A stretch of 64,000 nucleotides of DNA, from NCBI GenBank assembly GCA_963662405.2, contig CAXXKT010000003.1, positions 192,001-256,000 of the forward strand, in the 5' to 3' direction. The notes beneath the pieces were generated by a model. It was not told the origin of the DNA. It saw only the letters and a list, made by a program, of their open reading frames with translations, and ran no database searches. This stretch comes from Syntrophales bacterium. GTDB taxonomy: Bacteria > Desulfobacterota > Syntrophia > Syntrophales > UBA2210. Made by a program: the position numbers and the translations under genes. Positions 60,956-64,000 of this stretch are shown here, one piece after another. Position 1 is the first letter of the stretch. The number at the start of each line of letters is the position of its first letter.

Positions 60956-61612
60956 ATGTCAATGATCGAAGGATTGATCGGGAATACCGGCGGGGCCCTG
61001 GAGGCTTTGGGGACAAGCAGCAGTATAGGAAAAGAGGACTTTTTCGAGATGCTGATAGCCCAGCTCCAGAATCAGGATCCCCTCAATCCTCTCGAAGGGA
61101 CTGATTTCACGGCACAGCTTGCCCAATTTTCCAGCCTCGAACAGTTATACAATATGACGGAGCAGATGGGGATGCTGGGTCTCTACCAGTCATCCATGAA
61201 TAATGCCATGGCGGCCAGTCTTGTCGGGAAGGAGATCACGGCAAGCGGGAACAGTGTGATCGTGGACGGATCATCCGCAGAGATCGCCTATGCCCTGGAA
61301 TCGGAGGCGGGGAAGGTCACCGTATCGATCTACGATGAGGACGGCAGTCTTGTGGATACCATCGAGTCCGGGACCGGAGGGTTGCAGGCAGGTGGTAATA
61401 AGATTACGTGGGATTGCAGCGGTATCGAAAGCGGGACCTATACCTTTGAGGTGTCCGCCCTATCGATGGATGGGAGTGCGATCGCCGTTGATACGGTGAT
61501 GTCCGGGACGGTGACGGGGGTCACCTTTGTCGACGGAGTTCCCTATCTCATGATCGGCGGTCGATATGTTTCCCTCGGGGACGTCGTGTCCGTGAATGAA
61601 ACGGAGGCATGA
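60956..61612 (+). CDS. flgD: Hook capping protein FlgD
   Basis: FFEMLIAQLQNQDPLNP..AQLAQFSSLEQ. Confidence 0.95.
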   Translation: MSMIEGLIGNTGGALEALGTSSSIGKEDFFEMLIAQLQNQDPLNPLEGTDFTAQLAQFSSLEQLYNMTEQMGMLGLYQSSMNNAMAASLVGKEITASGNSVIVDGSSAEIAYALESEAGKVTVSIYDEDGSLVDTIESGTGGLQAGGNKITWDCSGIESGTYTFEVSALSMDGSAIAVDTVMSGTVTGVTFVDGVPYLMIGGRYVSLGDVVSVNETEA

Positions 61613-61717
61613 AGAAGGCAATGCTCTGAGTCGCTGGAGGGAAGGACGAACATCGACGTATGAAATATGAATGAAGGATTATAATACCATATTTATTGGA
61701 ACAAGGAGGTAGACGAG

Positions 61718-63250
61718 ATGGGGAGTTCATTATTTGCCGGTATTTCGGGCCTAACGGCCAGCACCAAGCAGTTGGATGTCATCGGTAACAACATAGCCAA
61801 TGCGAATACGGTCGGGTTTAAGGCCAGCAAGATATCGTTTGGCGACATCCTGAGTCAGAGCATCACCGGTGGCGCGGCCTCGGGGATGCAGGTCGGTCGC
61901 GGCGTGCAGGTCAACGCCATCGCGACTCAGTTTTCATCGGGTTCATTCGAGACGACAGCGAATGCCACGGACCTGGCCATCGACGGTGATGGCTTCTTTA
62001 CCGTCAAGGATACCGATGGCGGGACATATTACACGCGGGCCGGGGCATTCGGCCTGGACAGCGCGGGGTACCTGGTCAATACCAACGGGTATACGGTACA
62101 GGGGTATAACCTGACCTCGAGTGACCCTGATACGATATCGGACATCTGCCTCTCCGGCGTTCAGTCCGTCCCGGCCGCCACAACGACCATTTCCGTCGGG
62201 GCGAATCTGAATTCAGAGAGCGACACGGGAGCGACCTTCAATGCATCTCAGACGGTCTATGATTCCCTCGGCGGTGAACATGCCCTCAAGGTGACCTTCC
62301 AGAAGACGGAAGAAACGGGATACTGGAGCTTCAATTCCTATCTCGACAATGTGAGCACCACGGCGCAGGAATATGCGGGTTTCAAGTTCGACGAGAGTGG
62401 TAATCTCGAGGCCGTGTACAATTCGTCGATCGGAACCCCGACCATCACCACCGGCGGTGACGGTACTGCGGCGGTGACCGTCAACAACGAAGGGCAGCTC
62501 TATAAGGATGCGACCGATATCACCCTGACGAGAGGGGCTGACGAGAACACCTGGACGATCACCGACAACGGCGGGTATACCAGTATGACTATCGCTCTCG
62601 GGACGGTGGGGACCGATGATGTGGTCGAAATCGATCTCGACGGCGAAGGGGGTGCCGATATTACCTTCGCCCTCGCCGATACGTGGGCGGCCGGTGACAC
62701 GATCGTCTTCAGTATCGACCAGACGGAATATACCCCCGCCGATGTGGACCTGACGATGCCTGCGCTCGACGGGGCCACGATCGGCGACAATGGCGTCGTG
62801 ACGTGGGACCTGGTCGGTTCGACGGCGAACTCGGTGACGGAATACGCGAGCACATCGGTGGTCAAGACCCTGTCCCATGATGGATATTCCTCGGGGTCAC
62901 TGAAATCTATCTCGGTGGGGGCGGACGGCGTCGTCGGGGGATTTTTCACCAACGGTCAGACCTCCGAGATCGCACAGATTATCCTGAGTGATTTTGCCAA
63001 TGTAAACGGTCTGAAACTGATGGGGAACAATCTCTATGCCACGACCGTTGAATCGGGAGACGCCGTTCCGAATACCCCCGGATCTGCGGGTATGGGAACG
63101 ATCAGTTCCAATTCGCTGGAGATGTCGAATACGGATATCGCAACGGAATTTGTCAACATGATCACGGCGCAACGCGCCTATCAGGCCAGTGCGAAGATTG
63201 TGACCACGACGGATTCGATGATGTCCGAACTGATGAACATTAAGAGATAG
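61718..63250 (+). CDS. flgE: Flagellar hook protein FlgE
   Basis: DVIGNNIANANTVGFK, TDLAIDGDGFF, YTRAGAF, LEMSNTDIATEFVNMITAQRAYQAS. Confidence 0.96.
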   Translation: MGSSLFAGISGLTASTKQLDVIGNNIANANTVGFKASKISFGDILSQSITGGAASGMQVGRGVQVNAIATQFSSGSFETTANATDLAIDGDGFFTVKDTDGGTYYTRAGAFGLDSAGYLVNTNGYTVQGYNLTSSDPDTISDICLSGVQSVPAATTTISVGANLNSESDTGATFNASQTVYDSLGGEHALKVTFQKTEETGYWSFNSYLDNVSTTAQEYAGFKFDESGNLEAVYNSSIGTPTITTGGDGTAAVTVNNEGQLYKDATDITLTRGADENTWTITDNGGYTSMTIALGTVGTDDVVEIDLDGEGGADITFALADTWAAGDTIVFSIDQTEYTPADVDLTMPALDGATIGDNGVVTWDLVGSTANSVTEYASTSVVKTLSHDGYSSGSLKSISVGADGVVGGFFTNGQTSEIAQIILSDFANVNGLKLMGNNLYATTVESGDAVPNTPGSAGMGTISSNSLEMSNTDIATEFVNMITAQRAYQASAKIVTTTDSMMSELMNIKR

Positions 63251-63476
63251 CTGTCAAATTTCTGACAACTCGTCAAAATCCTCTTCCCGGGAAAGGGCGT
63301 CCGGCCGGATACGCCGGGCCCTCTTTCTTCCCGGTACGTCTCTTTTTGCATTTCCCGTCCCCGGCTGTGGCCGGGAGCGAGCCCGGCGTTCCGTGGAAAC
63401 TCGCCACTCCCATAGAAATAAAAGGTGTCATTTGTGTATTCCCCCGGCAAGCTCCTGTGCCTCAGGGGCGGGCCTT

Positions 63477-63492
63477 TGGCATGTTCTTTGCT
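63477..63492 (+). promoter_or_regulatory. Putative sigma54 promoter of motA
   Basis: TGGCAT-GTTCT-TTGCT. Confidence 0.7.
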
Positions 63493-63508
63493 CTTTCAGG
63501 GGACTGCG

Positions 63509-64000
63509 ATGGATATATCAACTATCTTGGGAATTATCTTCGGGTTTGGACTTGTCATCGTTGCCATGGGTCAGGGCGGGGGATTGCAGTGGTTTTTCAA
63601 TGTCCCCTCGGCGATGATCGTTCTCGGTGGAACGATCGGTGCCGTTTTTATCAATTATCCCCTGTCTGATATCCTCGGGGTGGCAAAGGTGGCGAAGAAC
63701 GTGCTTTTCCCTCAGGATCTGAATACGGAAACGGCGATCAAGACATTGATCGAGATGTCGAAAATCGCCCGGCGCGACGGGATCCTGGCCCTGGAGGACA
63801 AGATGGAAGAAATCAAGGATCCCTTTTTTACCAAAGGGGTGATGCTGATGATAGACGGTGTCGAGCCGGCCGCTCTCTCCCGGATTCTGAATACGGAACT
63901 CGAATACGTCGCAGAGCGGCACCGGATGGGGGCGGAGATATTCATGACCATGGGAAATTTTGCCCCGGCCATGGGGATGATGGGGACCCTCATCGGGCTG
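63509..64000 (+). CDS. motA: Stator protein MotA/PomA (runs off the window; absent from the ORF track)
   Basis: Manual translation: MDISTILGIIFGFGLVIVAM..FFNVPSAMIVLGGTIGA..ARRDGILALE..FAPAMGMMGTLIGL. Confidence 0.93.
   Translation, partial: MDISTILGIIFGFGLVIVAMGQGGGLQWFFNVPSAMIVLGGTIGAVFINYPLSDILGVAKVAKNVLFPQDLNTETAIKTLIEMSKIARRDGILALEDKMEEIKDPFFTKGVMLMIDGVEPAALSRILNTELEYVAERHRMGAEIFMTMGNFAPAMGMMGTLIGL

Overview
Window from a GC-rich bacterial chromosome. The gene content suggests Deltaproteobacteria (Desulfobacterota or Syntrophales-like); this is inference. It has three parts. (1) 1-1447: 3' part of serS followed by tRNA-Ser(TGA), tRNA-Ser(GCT) and tRNA-Arg(ACG). (2) 1403-20565: a ~19.1 kb, visibly AT-richer genomic island integrated in tRNA-Arg, bounded by an exact 45-bp direct repeat, with only a C-terminal stub of its tyrosine integrase left. 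It carries a PAS-LuxR regulator, a Liv-type ABC importer, GctAB-type CoA-transferase, acyl-CoA dehydrogenase, enoyl-CoA hydratase and a truncated thiolase. It also holds a broken SIR2-family gene, a DUF4236 gene coupled to a truncated ion channel behind an unusual structured leader, and four IS elements (an IS3 nested in a decayed IS481-like element, IS630, IS1595). (3) 20.7-64 kb: signalling genes (HDOD, two hybrid kinases, PilZ, HD-GYP) and a large flagellar cluster (fliC, very large fliD, fliS, flaG, sigma54 activator, flgBC-fliEFGHIJ, fliK-flgDE, motA) with readable sigma54 and sigma28 promoters. Best candidate for an undescribed system: a putative flagellin-modification locus between fliC and fliD, in which a TPR-GT4 glycosyltransferase is fused to a Pol-beta-type nucleotidyltransferase domain and overlaps a second, stand-alone nucleotidyltransferase. 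Second candidate: a hairpin/minimal-ORF/terminator leader upstream of the DUF4236-ion channel operon. All family assignments come from reading motifs by eye; no searches were run.
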